From IMG/VR virus record IMGVR_UViG_3300029134_000184: a DNA stretch of 64,000 nt; one strand, given 5' to 3'. The notes beneath the pieces are model-generated. The model saw only the letters and a program-made list of their open reading frames with translations, was not told the DNA's origin and made no database searches. This stretch comes from a virus. The position numbers and the translations under genes were made by a program. Shown piece after piece: positions 1 to 10,154 of the stretch (positions within the stretch are counted from its first letter, which is position 1; each line of letters begins with the position of its first letter).

Positions 1-15
1 AAGGAGATACACGAT

Positions 16-1485
16 ATGGCAAATTCCAACAGAAAGAAAACCCGCAAACTGCATGAAGCCAAACAGGCTAAGAAGGCTGAGGATACGAAAAAAGAGAAAT
101 CAGTCAGGAAGGCAAAGGCTGATATAGAAAAGCCGATAAAATATACAGTTACAGCAGAACAATTGGATGACGGAACCTTTAAGTTCAACGGCGGCAAAAG
201 CGTATTTAATATCACCATGCAGAAGAATAAAGCATTAGAGCCTTACGGAAAATGCATACATAATTACGGTGTCCTTTTAGAACTGATTCCTGGCGATAAG
301 CAGACTGCAATCAACCAGCAGATTGGGAATGCCAGGGTCGTGCATAATGATTACCTTTCCAAACGCATTGATTATTACAAAGAAAGCAAGGAGACCCTGA
401 CTGTCTCCAAATATAAAAAAGATTATCTCCCGGCATTAAAGGAAGAAAAGGAATATCTTAAGGATACGGATAAGTTTGTTTATGAAAACGCCTGCCGGAA
501 TGTAGATGACGCGTACAGCAGATTTTTTAAGGGGTTATCCGGATTTCCGAAGTATGCCTCCAAAACTAAACCGAACGGGAACAGTTTTACAACAAATTTC
601 ACGAACAACAACATTGAACTGAAAATGGTTGATGGAATTCCGCATGTCAAGCTTCCAAAAATCGGGTATGTCAGATTTATCCTTCCAAAAGGAAAGACGT
701 TAGCTGATATCCAGCCGCACGGAGTATCAATCAAAGCGGCAACCGTAAGCAGGGAGCCAAATGGTTCATACCGTATCTCACTCAGAATGGAGAGTGTGAT
801 TGATAAACCTGTATTTCCAACCGTTATCAATGCCCGGGAGATAATCTCTGTTGACCTTGGGTTGAAAGAATTTGGCGTTTTTGGAAACCTGGAAGAGTCA
901 ATCCCCGTACCGAACCCGAGATGGATTCAGGTCCATGCAAAGAGATTGCGGAGATTTCAGCAGAGCCTTTCAAGAAAGCAGTATGACCATAAGACACATG
1001 CCGGTTCAAAGAACTGGGAGAAAGCCAGGACTAAGGTCGCCAAAGAGCAGCGTAAGATTGCCGACCAGAGAAGGGATTTCCATCATAAACTTTCAAGAGC
1101 GATTACAGATAACTGTGTTTCTTTCATATGCGAAGACCTTGCGGTTAAGAACATGATGCAGAACCGCCATCTGTCAAAGTCAATCGCATCTGTTGGCTGG
1201 TCTCAATTTTTAACAATGGTACAGTATAAAATGGAGCGCGATGGTAAACATTTCAGAAAAATCAGCAGATGGTATCCGTCATCACAGACATGCGGCTGCT
1301 GCGGGTATAAAAATACAGATGTTAAGGATTTGGGCGTCCGGAAATGGATATGCCCGAAGTGCGGAACCTGGCATGACCGCGATATCAACGCTCAACAGAA
1401 TATATATAAGATTGGGGCAAAGATACTCCAGGACGAAGGGATACAGATTGTTGGTCTCCCTGTAACAAACAAATCTGCAAACTGA
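16..1485 (+). CDS. tnpB: TnpB (IS200/IS605-family OrfB) RuvC-like RNA-guided nuclease with an ~80-aa Lys/Glu-rich N-terminal extension
   Basis: RuvC-I SVDLGLKEFGVF, RuvC-II ICEDLAVKNM, zinc finger CGCCGY...CPKCG, RuvC-III DRDINAQQNI. The TnpB N-terminal fold starts near residue 82 (YGVLLELIPGDKQ). Residues 1-80 are an extra basic segment homologous to ORF 27617..27874. Confidence 0.85.
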   Translation: MANSNRKKTRKLHEAKQAKKAEDTKKEKSVRKAKADIEKPIKYTVTAEQLDDGTFKFNGGKSVFNITMQKNKALEPYGKCIHNYGVLLELIPGDKQTAINQQIGNARVVHNDYLSKRIDYYKESKETLTVSKYKKDYLPALKEEKEYLKDTDKFVYENACRNVDDAYSRFFKGLSGFPKYASKTKPNGNSFTTNFTNNNIELKMVDGIPHVKLPKIGYVRFILPKGKTLADIQPHGVSIKAATVSREPNGSYRISLRMESVIDKPVFPTVINAREIISVDLGLKEFGVFGNLEESIPVPNPRWIQVHAKRLRRFQQSLSRKQYDHKTHAGSKNWEKARTKVAKEQRKIADQRRDFHHKLSRAITDNCVSFICEDLAVKNMMQNRHLSKSIASVGWSQFLTMVQYKMERDGKHFRKISRWYPSSQTCGCCGYKNTDVKDLGVRKWICPKCGTWHDRDINAQQNIYKIGAKILQDEGIQIVGLPVTNKSAN

Positions 1486-1800
1486 TTCTTCAGAAATAAC
1501 TGTTAACCCAGCAACGGGTAAAACCGGTCACATGTAAACAAGCACTCCGGAAACGGAAATAACCAGATAACGAAGCAACGGTACCTCGGGGAAGCGTGGG
1601 AGCCGTGGTGAGAGTCCACTTAAAAAGCCTGCACTGCAGTAGGACTGTCAGCGTAAGGACACTGATAGAGAGTCTGAGTAAGACACGGCCGAAAGGCAAT
1701 GCATCGGACAGATGAAGCAGGAAAGAAAACAGAATGGAAGGTGTAACCGGGTCGCAAGACTAGAAAAGCCTGACAGACTGTCGGAAGCCCGTGGCTTCAG
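1486..1800 (+). ncRNA. candidate omega-RNA (reRNA) / right-end region of the TnpB element
   Basis: ORF-free, GC-richer stretch immediately 3' of tnpB with many short complementary segments. Placement matches where TnpB guide RNAs are encoded (established knowledge). No experimental or covariation support. Confidence 0.3.
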
Positions 1801-1853
1801 TCATGGGTTCTTCACTATAGACAAAAATGAAAGGGGGAAAAGACTTTCAAAAA

Positions 1854-3032
1854 ATGCAGAAAAAAAATAAATTTCCGCCAGGTTTTGCTGTTGCGGCAGT
1901 TGGTTTATCCGGCATACTGTTTATGACAGGATGCACAGGTGAGTATGACGTACTTGATAAAGTTGCTGACAGTACAACAGTTGGCGAAAGTATTACGGAT
2001 AAAATAAACGATATGGTCAGTGACCAGTCTCAGAACGTTACATATATATGTAAGCGAATGAAGACATTATCTGGAGAGGTTGAAACAGAAGAGGATGCCG
2101 AAAGGCCGGAGTATAATCCTGAAACATATGCTGATACCAGTAAAGCAGATATCAGTAAATTTAAAGCCAAAAAGATTTCTGTCTCTGATGATGAGGTTGA
2201 TGACTATATCAAATCATTGATGCGTGAAGCACGTATATATGGAGATGAGACCGATGCCATTGATGAGGAATGTATTGCCCATGTGGCATACGTAAAAACT
2301 GATACTGACACAAAAGAAGAAATCCAGAATCTGTCAAATATGGAATGGAGTTTTGATTCGAGCTTCTTCCCGGAAGAAGTAAGTAAAAAACTTATCGGAT
2401 GCAAAGTCGGAGACAACGTGAAAGTGAAGTGCTCTGGTTATGAATACGATATTACTGTAAATGACATTAACTCCGTAAACATAACAAATATGGCAGTATT
2501 TACACTGACAAGCGGGCAATACATGAATGCGTCAAATTACAGAACGTTTATCAAAAACTACCTGTACAACCAGAAAGTGTTGAGTGCAAATGAAGATTCC
2601 ATTGATAAGCTTTGCAAATCGGTTTCCGTAACCGGATATCCTGAAGATGTCTTGTCATACGACATTCAGCAGAAATTCATGTATTACTATCAACTGACCG
2701 GAGCCAACAGCCCGGATGATAAAACTTTTAAATCTTACATTAAGGATAATTTTGGATGTAAGACCACAAAAGAATTTACAACAAAGATTCAAAAAGAAGC
2801 AGAACAGAGCCTTGATGATGAAATAAAGATTCTGGCTCTTGCGAAAAAGTACAATTTATGGCTGGATGACGATAAACTGGCAGCAGAAGTTATGCAGAAT
2901 ACTACAGAATATTCCAGCGCAGAGGACTATTATGCGGCATGTTCAAAATCATATGCCAGATATTTTATATCAAAATTAAATCTTGCAAAGGAAATTCAGA
3001 AAAATGAAGAACGAATTGAGGGCGCCGGATAA
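1854..3032 (+). CDS. lipoprotein, unknown function
   Basis: N-terminal signal with lipobox LFMTGC. Start chosen at MQKKNK; the alternative ATG at 1827 has no RBS. Confidence 0.55.
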   Translation: MQKKNKFPPGFAVAAVGLSGILFMTGCTGEYDVLDKVADSTTVGESITDKINDMVSDQSQNVTYICKRMKTLSGEVETEEDAERPEYNPETYADTSKADISKFKAKKISVSDDEVDDYIKSLMREARIYGDETDAIDEECIAHVAYVKTDTDTKEEIQNLSNMEWSFDSSFFPEEVSKKLIGCKVGDNVKVKCSGYEYDITVNDINSVNITNMAVFTLTSGQYMNASNYRTFIKNYLYNQKVLSANEDSIDKLCKSVSVTGYPEDVLSYDIQQKFMYYYQLTGANSPDDKTFKSYIKDNFGCKTTKEFTTKIQKEAEQSLDDEIKILALAKKYNLWLDDDKLAAEVMQNTTEYSSAEDYYAACSKSYARYFISKLNLAKEIQKNEERIEGAG

Positions 3033-3810
3033 GCCATATTATCCTAAAAACACATTAAGGACATTACGAAAAACGGGTGTCCTAATTGATGAGCTTGAAG
3101 CAAGACGTGAGCATGAAGAACAGTTTAAACTCACGCCTTATGAAAAAGCAATGCATGACCAGCTAAGCGAGACCTTCAAAGTATCGCGCCCGGCAGAGGG
3201 AATAAAAAGCGCCCTTGAAGATGAGAGGGAGCTAAAATCAATTAGAAAAGAATATGTTACAGCATCAAAGATACAGCGAGACAGGACGGAGCTGAAAGAG
3301 AACGCAGACAATGACAGCCTTGGAATGGTACTCATTGCGGCGGGAACTCCGATGGTGCTTGTGGGTGTTACACTGCTTGAAACATTTATGGCTGCCGGAA
3401 TTGGTGTTATCGCAGCAGGTGCGGCGATGTATATGCCAATGTTTATAAGAGAAATAACCAAGAAAAGGAAAGCGAGAAAAAAATTAAAAAACATAACAGA
3501 AAATGTTGACGATTTGTCAGAGACTATTGACCGGAAAATGGCTAATATAGATAAAATCTGTTCTATGTATGGAATCCCTGTCAATTGTACTGACCGCGAG
3601 CAGTATCTCAGTTCTTTGTTTGATGCGGCAACCACATATGAGGCCCTGGAGAAAAAAGAGACTGATTATGAATTGCTCTGTCAGCTGAATAACAGTGGTA
3701 AGATAAAAAATCAGATTACTGAAAATCTTAAAGCTATGTCAGGGCTGACGGTTGTAGACGAAAACAACTTTGAAGATGTTTTAGACAAGCTGGCTTCACA
3801 GTTAAAATAA
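3004..3810 (+). CDS. hypothetical membrane protein
   Basis: ORF with two hydrophobic helices (VLIAAGTPMVLVGVTLL / GIGVIAAGAAMYMPMF). RBS AAGGA 10 nt upstream of MKNELRAPD. The 5' end overlaps the previous gene. Confidence 0.45.
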   Translation: MKNELRAPDKPYYPKNTLRTLRKTGVLIDELEARREHEEQFKLTPYEKAMHDQLSETFKVSRPAEGIKSALEDERELKSIRKEYVTASKIQRDRTELKENADNDSLGMVLIAAGTPMVLVGVTLLETFMAAGIGVIAAGAAMYMPMFIREITKKRKARKKLKNITENVDDLSETIDRKMANIDKICSMYGIPVNCTDREQYLSSLFDAATTYEALEKKETDYELLCQLNNSGKIKNQITENLKAMSGLTVVDENNFEDVLDKLASQLK

Positions 3811-3835
3811 AATAGAGAAAAGAGGAGATAAAAAA

Positions 3836-5152
3836 ATGATTAATACAATCAAACAGGCATTGACAACACGCGAAATCAGACGAAAGCTGGAGCTGATGGT
3901 GTTTGTCATCTTTATTACCCGAGTAATCTCAATGATTCCGGTTCCCGGAATAGATGCTTCCGTATTTAAACAGTGGATGGCAGTAAATTCCAATGATGCA
4001 CTAAACTTGTTCTCAGCATTCACCGGAGGCTCATTTGAGAATTTCTCGATGTTTGCTCTTGGTATCACCCCACTTATTACAGCGCAGATTGTAGTTCAGC
4101 TGCTCGGCAGCGTTATCCCGTCACTTGGCAAGCTTCAGAAAAAAGGCGAGCATGGACAGAAAGTGACAAAAAAAATTACAAATATTGTTGGTATCGTCCT
4201 TGCAATCGTTCAGAGCTGCTGCATGGCAATCGGCTTTAACAAAGGAGGCTTAATCAACGGAAACGGCGTTTTATGTGTTATCTTAATCACAACATTTATG
4301 ACAGCCGGAACAGGTATTATGATGTGGCTTGCGCATATCCTTGATGAAAAAGCAATCGGAAACGGTGTGTCAATCCTGCTGATGGCAAATATCTTGTCAA
4401 GAATGCCTGGACAGTTTGCATCACTTTTTAAATCACTTACGAAGGATAAAAGTACTCCAATTGCAGCACTGTCAATTACAGCAGCTATACTAATTTTTGC
4501 AGCTATCATTATTGTAATCATTTATATGACAGAAGGATATCACCCGCTGCATGTACAGTATTCACAGAAGATGAGTCAGTCTGGCGAAGACGCAGAAACC
4601 GGTCTTATCCCGGTAAAAGTTGGTATTTCTGGTGTTATGCCGGTAATCTTTGCTTCCTCTCTTATGGCAATTCCACAGCTGATTGCAGCTATCGCCGGAA
4701 AGGGATATGGAAGCGGGCTCAGTAAAATCGTTTTAAATATGATGTCCCAGAAGAACTGGTTTGATAACGACAACCCGGTCTATGGCTTAGGACTTCTGAT
4801 TTACCTGGCGCTGATTGTGTTCTTTGCATATTTCTACCTCCCGATTACATTCAATGCGGCAGAGGTATCTGATAACATCAGAAGAAGCGGAGGTTTCGTT
4901 CCGGGAATAAGAGCGGGCGAGGATACAGAACAGTACATCCAGTATATCTCAAGAAGACTTACTTCAATCGGTGTTGTGATGCTGATTTGTGTGACCGTAA
5001 TCCCGATTGTTATCTGCGGTGCACTTGGCCTTAATTCAACAATCGGCGGTACTTCACTGATTATCGTTATCGGTGTTATTACAGAAACAGTACAGCAGAT
5101 TCAGCTTGAACTTGCAGGAAGAAATTACTGCGGTATCTTATGCAGAGATTAA
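3836..5152 (+). CDS. secY: SecY preprotein translocase subunit homologue
   Basis: 438 aa with 10 predicted TM segments and SecY signature blocks (RVISMIPVPGID, FSMFALGITPLITAQIVVQLL, GEHGQKVTKKITNIVGIVLAIVQS). Strong RBS AGAGGAGATAAAAAAATG. Confidence 0.85.
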   Translation: MINTIKQALTTREIRRKLELMVFVIFITRVISMIPVPGIDASVFKQWMAVNSNDALNLFSAFTGGSFENFSMFALGITPLITAQIVVQLLGSVIPSLGKLQKKGEHGQKVTKKITNIVGIVLAIVQSCCMAIGFNKGGLINGNGVLCVILITTFMTAGTGIMMWLAHILDEKAIGNGVSILLMANILSRMPGQFASLFKSLTKDKSTPIAALSITAAILIFAAIIIVIIYMTEGYHPLHVQYSQKMSQSGEDAETGLIPVKVGISGVMPVIFASSLMAIPQLIAAIAGKGYGSGLSKIVLNMMSQKNWFDNDNPVYGLGLLIYLALIVFFAYFYLPITFNAAEVSDNIRRSGGFVPGIRAGEDTEQYIQYISRRLTSIGVVMLICVTVIPIVICGALGLNSTIGGTSLIIVIGVITETVQQIQLELAGRNYCGILCRD

Positions 5153-5164
5153 GGAGGGGTAGAA

Positions 5165-5401
5165 ATGGAAATAACAAAAGCTAAGAATTTTGACACGAAT
5201 GGTGTTGCAGAATTTGAAAGTGTTGACGAGGAGACACATGAAGTAACACCTGATATGAAATATATCAAATGGCCAAGCAAGAAAAAAGTCTTTTCTGAAT
5301 TGGTCTCTGTCGCAGTAGCATCCATTATTATTGCAATGGTTATTGCAGCCGGTGACAGTATCGGTATGACGATTGTAAATTTTGTTTTGAAATTCTTCTA
5401 A
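5165..5401 (+). CDS. secE: SecE-like translocase subunit
   Basis: 78 aa. C-terminal KYIKWPSKKKVFSELVSVAVASIIIAMVIAAGDSIGMTIVNFV aligns with the SecE core (B. subtilis KKVSWPKGKELTRYTITVISTVIFFVIFFALLD). Immediately downstream of secY with RBS AAGGAGGGG. Confidence 0.6.
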   Translation: MEITKAKNFDTNGVAEFESVDEETHEVTPDMKYIKWPSKKKVFSELVSVAVASIIIAMVIAAGDSIGMTIVNFVLKFF

Positions 5402-5414
5402 TGAAGAAAGTATT

Positions 5415-5447
5415 GCACCACGCGCGAAAGCGCGTGGTGCTTTTTTT
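5415..5447 (+). terminator. rho-independent terminator
   Basis: GCACCACGCGCGAAAGCGCGTGGTGC hairpin followed by TTTTTTT. Confidence 0.7.
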
Positions 5448-5536
5448 GTTGCCATTTTTTGTTATTACGGCTGCTCCAGCATATTAATTTATGTCAAAGA
5501 AATACTAACTATAACAACAGAAAGGAACTGGTGATA

Positions 5537-6340
5537 ATGGGAGAGAAACAACAGCCAAAATCTTGTATTTATCCAAAGCCTGAGCATTATAACGACCTGG
5601 CAGATAAGCCGATAACGAAAGATGGAATAATGGACAATGCCATTGAAATCATTTATATCTGTGCTTATAAAGCTGAAAGATTCGTCAACAAGCAATATGT
5701 GGGGGTGTCGGTTGAAAGCCGTGAAGACATCATCCAGTATGTAGCTGGCCAGATTAAGGATTTGATTGAAAACTATCTTGACAAAATTGACGAAAAAAGG
5801 GTTGATTTTTGGGCTTATATGAACAAAAGCATTCAGTATACCGCAAGCAGAGCTTATCAGACTGAAGTTAAAGATGGTGCGTCCGAATACATTCGGCACC
5901 GATACGACATGATGTCCAAATATCTCGATGAAGGGTTAACGCTGGAAGAGATTGCAGAGAAGTGTAACTGCAGGGTGTCTACGGTAAGGAAAACCCTTAG
6001 GGATGGAAAGGCAATAAATGTGAGTATCGACGCGGAGGACGATATCGGACATGCCATTCTTGATAAAGTAGGTAAAAATGATGTGTATAAGATTGAAGAA
6101 GAGGAAAAAGTATCAATCGAAGATAACATCTTAATCCGAAAGGTTCTTAAAGGTATGACAAGGGAAGAAAAGTTCATTATAGAAACTTACCTTAATATCA
6201 AAAAGGACTGTGAAAAAGAATGGAAAGACAGAACGTTTGCAGCTTGTAAGGAGTATGGCATTACTCATAAAAAAGTGAATGATGCAATCAGAAGCTTTAA
6301 AAATGAGGCCAGAAAAATGCGTAATGAGCCTTCTGGATAA
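5537..6340 (+). CDS. putative sigma-70-family (region 2/region 4) transcription factor
   Basis: C-terminal HTH LTLEEIAEKCNCRVSTVRKTL resembles sigma region 4. An upstream helical region resembles region 2. Preceded by the element-specific promoter motif at ~5476. Confidence 0.4.
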   Translation: MGEKQQPKSCIYPKPEHYNDLADKPITKDGIMDNAIEIIYICAYKAERFVNKQYVGVSVESREDIIQYVAGQIKDLIENYLDKIDEKRVDFWAYMNKSIQYTASRAYQTEVKDGASEYIRHRYDMMSKYLDEGLTLEEIAEKCNCRVSTVRKTLRDGKAINVSIDAEDDIGHAILDKVGKNDVYKIEEEEKVSIEDNILIRKVLKGMTREEKFIIETYLNIKKDCEKEWKDRTFAACKEYGITHKKVNDAIRSFKNEARKMRNEPSG

Positions 6341-6461
6341 TACAAGGTTTTGGCTTGTACAAAAACCTATAACAACACATGAGCAGCGGGGAAAACCTGC
6401 TGTTTATTTTTTGCCTGATTTTGCATATTGAAAACAAATACAAAAACAGGAGGGAAAAATA

Positions 6462-7514
6462 ATGAAAAATTTAAAAAAATCTGTTTTATGCATGCTAATG
6501 GCAGTTGTCATGGTGATGACTGTAACAGCTGCAAGCGTCATTCCGGTTCAGGATGTGTATGCGGCATCTGTGAAGCTGAATAAGACTTCACTTAACCTGT
6601 ACACGAGGACTATGATTCAGCTTACTGTATTAAATACAGGAGCAAAAGCCAAATGGTCATCAAGCAAACCGAAGGTTGCAAGCGTGACAAGTGAAGGTTA
6701 TGTCACTGCCCGCTCTGCAGGAAAAGCAAAGATTACCGCAGTTGTTGGCAAAAAAAAGCTGTACTGCAATGTCACCGTCAATGTTAAACCTGGCGAAGAA
6801 GTGAAGATGGAGTTTAAAGATTGTAAAGTTCAGGTTGGAAAAACTACACGTCTCCGCCTGATGAACATTGTCGGCCTCGCTTCATGGAAAAGTAGCAATA
6901 CAAAAATTGCTACTGTAGACGCGAATGGAGATGTAACAGGAAGAAAAACCGGTTCTGCGACAATCACTGCTACATATCACTGCAAAAGATATACTGCAAA
7001 AGTGACTGTTATATCCGGTACAACGTCTGGAACGTCAGTTATCAGAAGGAAAGCTCCTTTGGCTGACAGCGGTGTGCTGAATGCGTTTGACAAGCTTGGC
7101 TTTAAATATGCTTATGACCCGAATATTACTGGGTTCACAGGCAAATTTTCAGCAAAAGAGCATCGCATCATTGTAAGACGCGAAGAAGATGACTGTATCT
7201 ATCATGAGCTTGGTCATTTTGTAGCATGGGTAGCTGGCGATGTTGACTACAAGAAAGAATGGAAAGCGATTTATGACAAAGAGAAAAGCAAAGTTACATA
7301 TTTCAATAAAGGTTATGCAACACAAAATCCTAAGGAATATTTCGCAGATGCATATAAGGATTATATCCTGCATCGTTCTTCACTGTCTTCAACAAGACCT
7401 TTGACATACAAGTATGTTAAGGCTGCAGTCTCAAAAGTCAATGCAATGACGAGTACTAACTTTGAAAGAATGCATAAGCTGTATGACTCTATGTGGAATA
7501 AATATGGTGCTTAA
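6462..7514 (+). CDS. secreted protein: signal peptide, two Big_2 Ig-like domains, C-terminal HExxH zinc metalloprotease (anthrax lethal factor / PPEP-like)
   Basis: Signal peptide MKNLKKSVLCMLMAVVMVMTVTAASV. Two repeats of the Big_2 pattern (KPKVASVTSEGYVTARSAGKAKITA..). YHELGHFVAW plus downstream EYFADAY is typical of the ATLF-like family. Confidence 0.7.
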   Translation: MKNLKKSVLCMLMAVVMVMTVTAASVIPVQDVYAASVKLNKTSLNLYTRTMIQLTVLNTGAKAKWSSSKPKVASVTSEGYVTARSAGKAKITAVVGKKKLYCNVTVNVKPGEEVKMEFKDCKVQVGKTTRLRLMNIVGLASWKSSNTKIATVDANGDVTGRKTGSATITATYHCKRYTAKVTVISGTTSGTSVIRRKAPLADSGVLNAFDKLGFKYAYDPNITGFTGKFSAKEHRIIVRREEDDCIYHELGHFVAWVAGDVDYKKEWKAIYDKEKSKVTYFNKGYATQNPKEYFADAYKDYILHRSSLSSTRPLTYKYVKAAVSKVNAMTSTNFERMHKLYDSMWNKYGA

Positions 7515-7608
7515 ATTTCTTCAGCAGGCTTCGGCCTGCTTTTTTCGTTTTTGGAAAATTTAGCATATTAAATACGTAAATGTTAAAACCAAGAAAGGAG
7601 ATTTTCAA

Positions 7609-8580
7609 ATGAAGATTAAAGAAATCAAAACAAACGGAATTGGAACTGTTGAGGGTGTTGTCATTGCTTTAGAAGAAAAGGCAAATAAAAATAACAGCAG
7701 CTTTATCAACATGACTGTCAGTGATGGCGAAACTCAGGTTGTCGCCAAGGTATGGAACGCAGACCTTGAAACGTTTAAATTTAAAACAGGGCAGGCGGTT
7801 CTTGTGGAATTAAAAATGGAGGAGTATAAAGGACAGAAAAGTTATGTCGCCCGTGAAATTACGGCATCTTCTGCTGACCCGGCACTGTTTATCTGCGGCG
7901 CTCCGGTAAAATCAGAAGAGATGTATAACTTCCTCTATAAAACCGCTGGAAGATGCGGCGTGTATGCGTCAACGGTCAAGAAGATTCTTGATGACAATAA
8001 AGACCATCTGATGTTCTGGGGCGCTGGCAAAGCAGTGCATCATAATATCAGAGGCGGTCTTTTATATCATACATACCGTATGACAAAAACGGCGGCATAT
8101 ATCACCTCTGTATATAACAAAGAGCCGTCAATGCTGAAAGGCTGTCGTGACATCAACACAGAACTTCTTGTTGCCGGCTGTATCCTGCATGACATCGGAA
8201 AACTTTGGGAGCTTGATACAAATGAATTTGGTGCTTCAGATTATACCGTGAAGGGAAACCTGATGGGGCATTCATTTATTGGCGCCGAGCTTGCGGGCAA
8301 GACCGCCAGAGAGCTTGGTGTAGATGAGGAAAATGTGATGCTTCTGCAGCATGTAATCCTGTCTCATCATGGAAAATATGAATGGGGTGCTGTCACCCTT
8401 CCGGCAATCCCGGAAGCTATGATTTTGCATCATATTGATATGATTGATGCCGATATGTATCAGTTTGAATCACAGGCAGAAGCCTTAAAACCAGGTGAAG
8501 CGACAAGCAATCTGATTTTTGGCTTAGACCAGAAAGTTTATAGACCGACATGGAGGGTTCCGGTGGAAGAAAAGAAGTAA
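7609..8580 (+). CDS. yhaM: YhaM-like 3'-5' exoribonuclease (N-terminal OB fold + HD phosphohydrolase domain)
   Basis: OB-fold N-terminus, then the HD motif (ILHDIGK ... LSHHGKYEWG ... HHIDMIDA). Confidence 0.7.
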   Translation: MKIKEIKTNGIGTVEGVVIALEEKANKNNSSFINMTVSDGETQVVAKVWNADLETFKFKTGQAVLVELKMEEYKGQKSYVAREITASSADPALFICGAPVKSEEMYNFLYKTAGRCGVYASTVKKILDDNKDHLMFWGAGKAVHHNIRGGLLYHTYRMTKTAAYITSVYNKEPSMLKGCRDINTELLVAGCILHDIGKLWELDTNEFGASDYTVKGNLMGHSFIGAELAGKTARELGVDEENVMLLQHVILSHHGKYEWGAVTLPAIPEAMILHHIDMIDADMYQFESQAEALKPGEATSNLIFGLDQKVYRPTWRVPVEEKK

Positions 8581-8628
8581 GGTGTTTGTTTAACTTTAGA
8601 TTTTTTTTCGGATTTTATTTTTGTATTG

Positions 8629-8654
8629 CCCGCAGCGAATGCTGCGGGTTTTTT
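8629..8654 (+). terminator. rho-independent terminator
   Basis: CCCGCAGCGAATGCTGCGGG + TTTTTT. Confidence 0.6.
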
Positions 8655-8742
8655 ATGATAGCAAGCGTGAATCCTCGGTAATTAAAAAGGTAATGGATGC
8701 CGGCAGGATTGCCGAGAATAAAAAAAGCAAAAAGAGCAGGAA

Positions 8743-8778
8743 AATGATTTCCTGCTCTGTGTTTTTTTGTCTTGCAAT
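8743..8778. terminator. bidirectional terminator between convergent genes
   Basis: AGAGCAGGAAAATGATTTCCTGCTCT hairpin flanked by A-run upstream and T-run downstream. Confidence 0.55.
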
Positions 8779-8793
8779 TTCGATATTCAGTTT

Positions 8794-9635
8794 TTAGTTT
8801 GATTCTTTTTTGGAATCGATTTCGGATTTGATTTCTTTAACGTACGCTTCGTTCAGCTCAGTCTCTTTTGCAATTTCTTCGACTGATAAACCATGATTAA
8901 GTAATATGCCAATATACTTTAAATCTGCTTCACGCCTAGTCTCTTCTAGCATTGAATACATCTTATCCACTCCTTTCGGGTTAAATTTGTAGTATCTTAA
9001 TGCTTCAGCGAAAACTGGATTTTTAATGTCATCAGGGTTTGGGTTAGTCCAATCTCTGATAAACTGTCCAAGTTCTGAATTATCAGTTTCAGCTGCAAGG
9101 TTTACAATAATTTCTTCTTCACCTGATTCAACAGTATTGCCAGACATTAAGTCTACTTTTTTAATATGCTGAATCATTGGGTCTTTGGAATTAAAATCCT
9201 TTTCTGTTAAGACTATCATACACCTTTTTGGTATTTCTGAGAAGTCTTGCCCTACTTTTAAGCTGTCTGTATCAATCATAGAACCATAATAACGGTTTCT
9301 GTAATAAATATTTTTTTGCCAATAACATTGTGGCTCAATGATATATATAGTATTTTCCTCGGGGCAATATGCAATAAAGTCTATAACGATATTGCGTCCA
9401 CCATTCCAATTCTTTACGGAATATTGGACTTTAATAAGCTCCAGGTGAACTTTTGCTTTCTTCTTTTTACCTTTATTGATTGCATTACGAACAATATTAA
9501 TGATTTCTTCTGCAACCTCCTCTTTCTTTAATACCATGCTGGACATGATGTCCGCATTTAATGACAATGCCATTAATTTTTCTTGAAAATCTTGAGGATA
9601 TTTTCCTCCTTTCATGGATATTTTTTCTTTTTCCA
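8794..9635 (-). CDS. Rpn/YhgA-like PD-(D/E)XK nuclease (transposase_31 / TIGR01784 family)
   Basis: N-terminal KGGKYPQDF. Core D..E.Q pattern (NIVIDFIAY ... IYIIEPQCYWQK) typical of the Rpn/YhgA-like family. Start set at MEKEKISMKGG with RBS AAAGAGGAG. One of only three - strand genes. Confidence 0.5.
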
Positions 9636-9839
9636 TTTGCTTTTTCGCTCCTCTTTTTATATATTTTTTTGCAAAAAAAAGGAGATAAACATAATATGAT
9701 ATGCAAGACAAACTATCATTCTGAATCTCCTTTCTTTATCTTTTTTTGCATATTTAATATGATATTTTTGATGATTCTGAAAAACTAAACTATTTTGCAT
9801 ATTGTATTTAATAAATACAAAACGACAGGAGGCAAAAAT

Positions 9840-10154
9840 ATGTACAAAGGAAAAGAAAATTATGAAACCGTTAAACACCTGATGGCAGGCGAAGAATGTA
9901 TTGTAACCGGATATGGCCAGTCCATGACTCCAATTCTGAAATCTGGGCAGTCCGTAAGATGTATTCCAGTGACTGAAAAAACAGCGCTGAAGAAAAACGA
10001 TATAGTGCTGTGCAAGGTTGCAGGACATTTTTACCTGCATAAGATTTCTGCAATAAAGGGTGGAAAGACATTTCAGATTTCTAACAATCACGGACATGTA
10101 AACGGATGGATTGGAAAGAAGTGTATATACGGTTTGGTAGTTGAAAAATTTTGA
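9840..10154 (+). CDS. S24-family (LexA/UmuD-like) peptidase domain protein
   Basis: GQSMTPIL motif (Ser nucleophile). Downstream Lys in HKISAIKGGK. Phage promoter motif TTGCATATTGTATTT at ~9797. RBS GGAGG. Confidence 0.5.
   Translation: MYKGKENYETVKHLMAGEECIVTGYGQSMTPILKSGQSVRCIPVTEKTALKKNDIVLCKVAGHFYLHKISAIKGGKTFQISNNHGHVNGWIGKKCIYGLVVEKF

Noticed and set aside
3138-3635. Antisense ORFs inside strong + strand genes (also 36267..37127, 47869..48750, 50054..50722, 58156..58599)
   Set aside because: Fully embedded antisense to well-supported CDSs (membrane protein, FtsH, surface proteins, SPFH). Ser/Ala/Phe-rich compositional artefacts without RBS.
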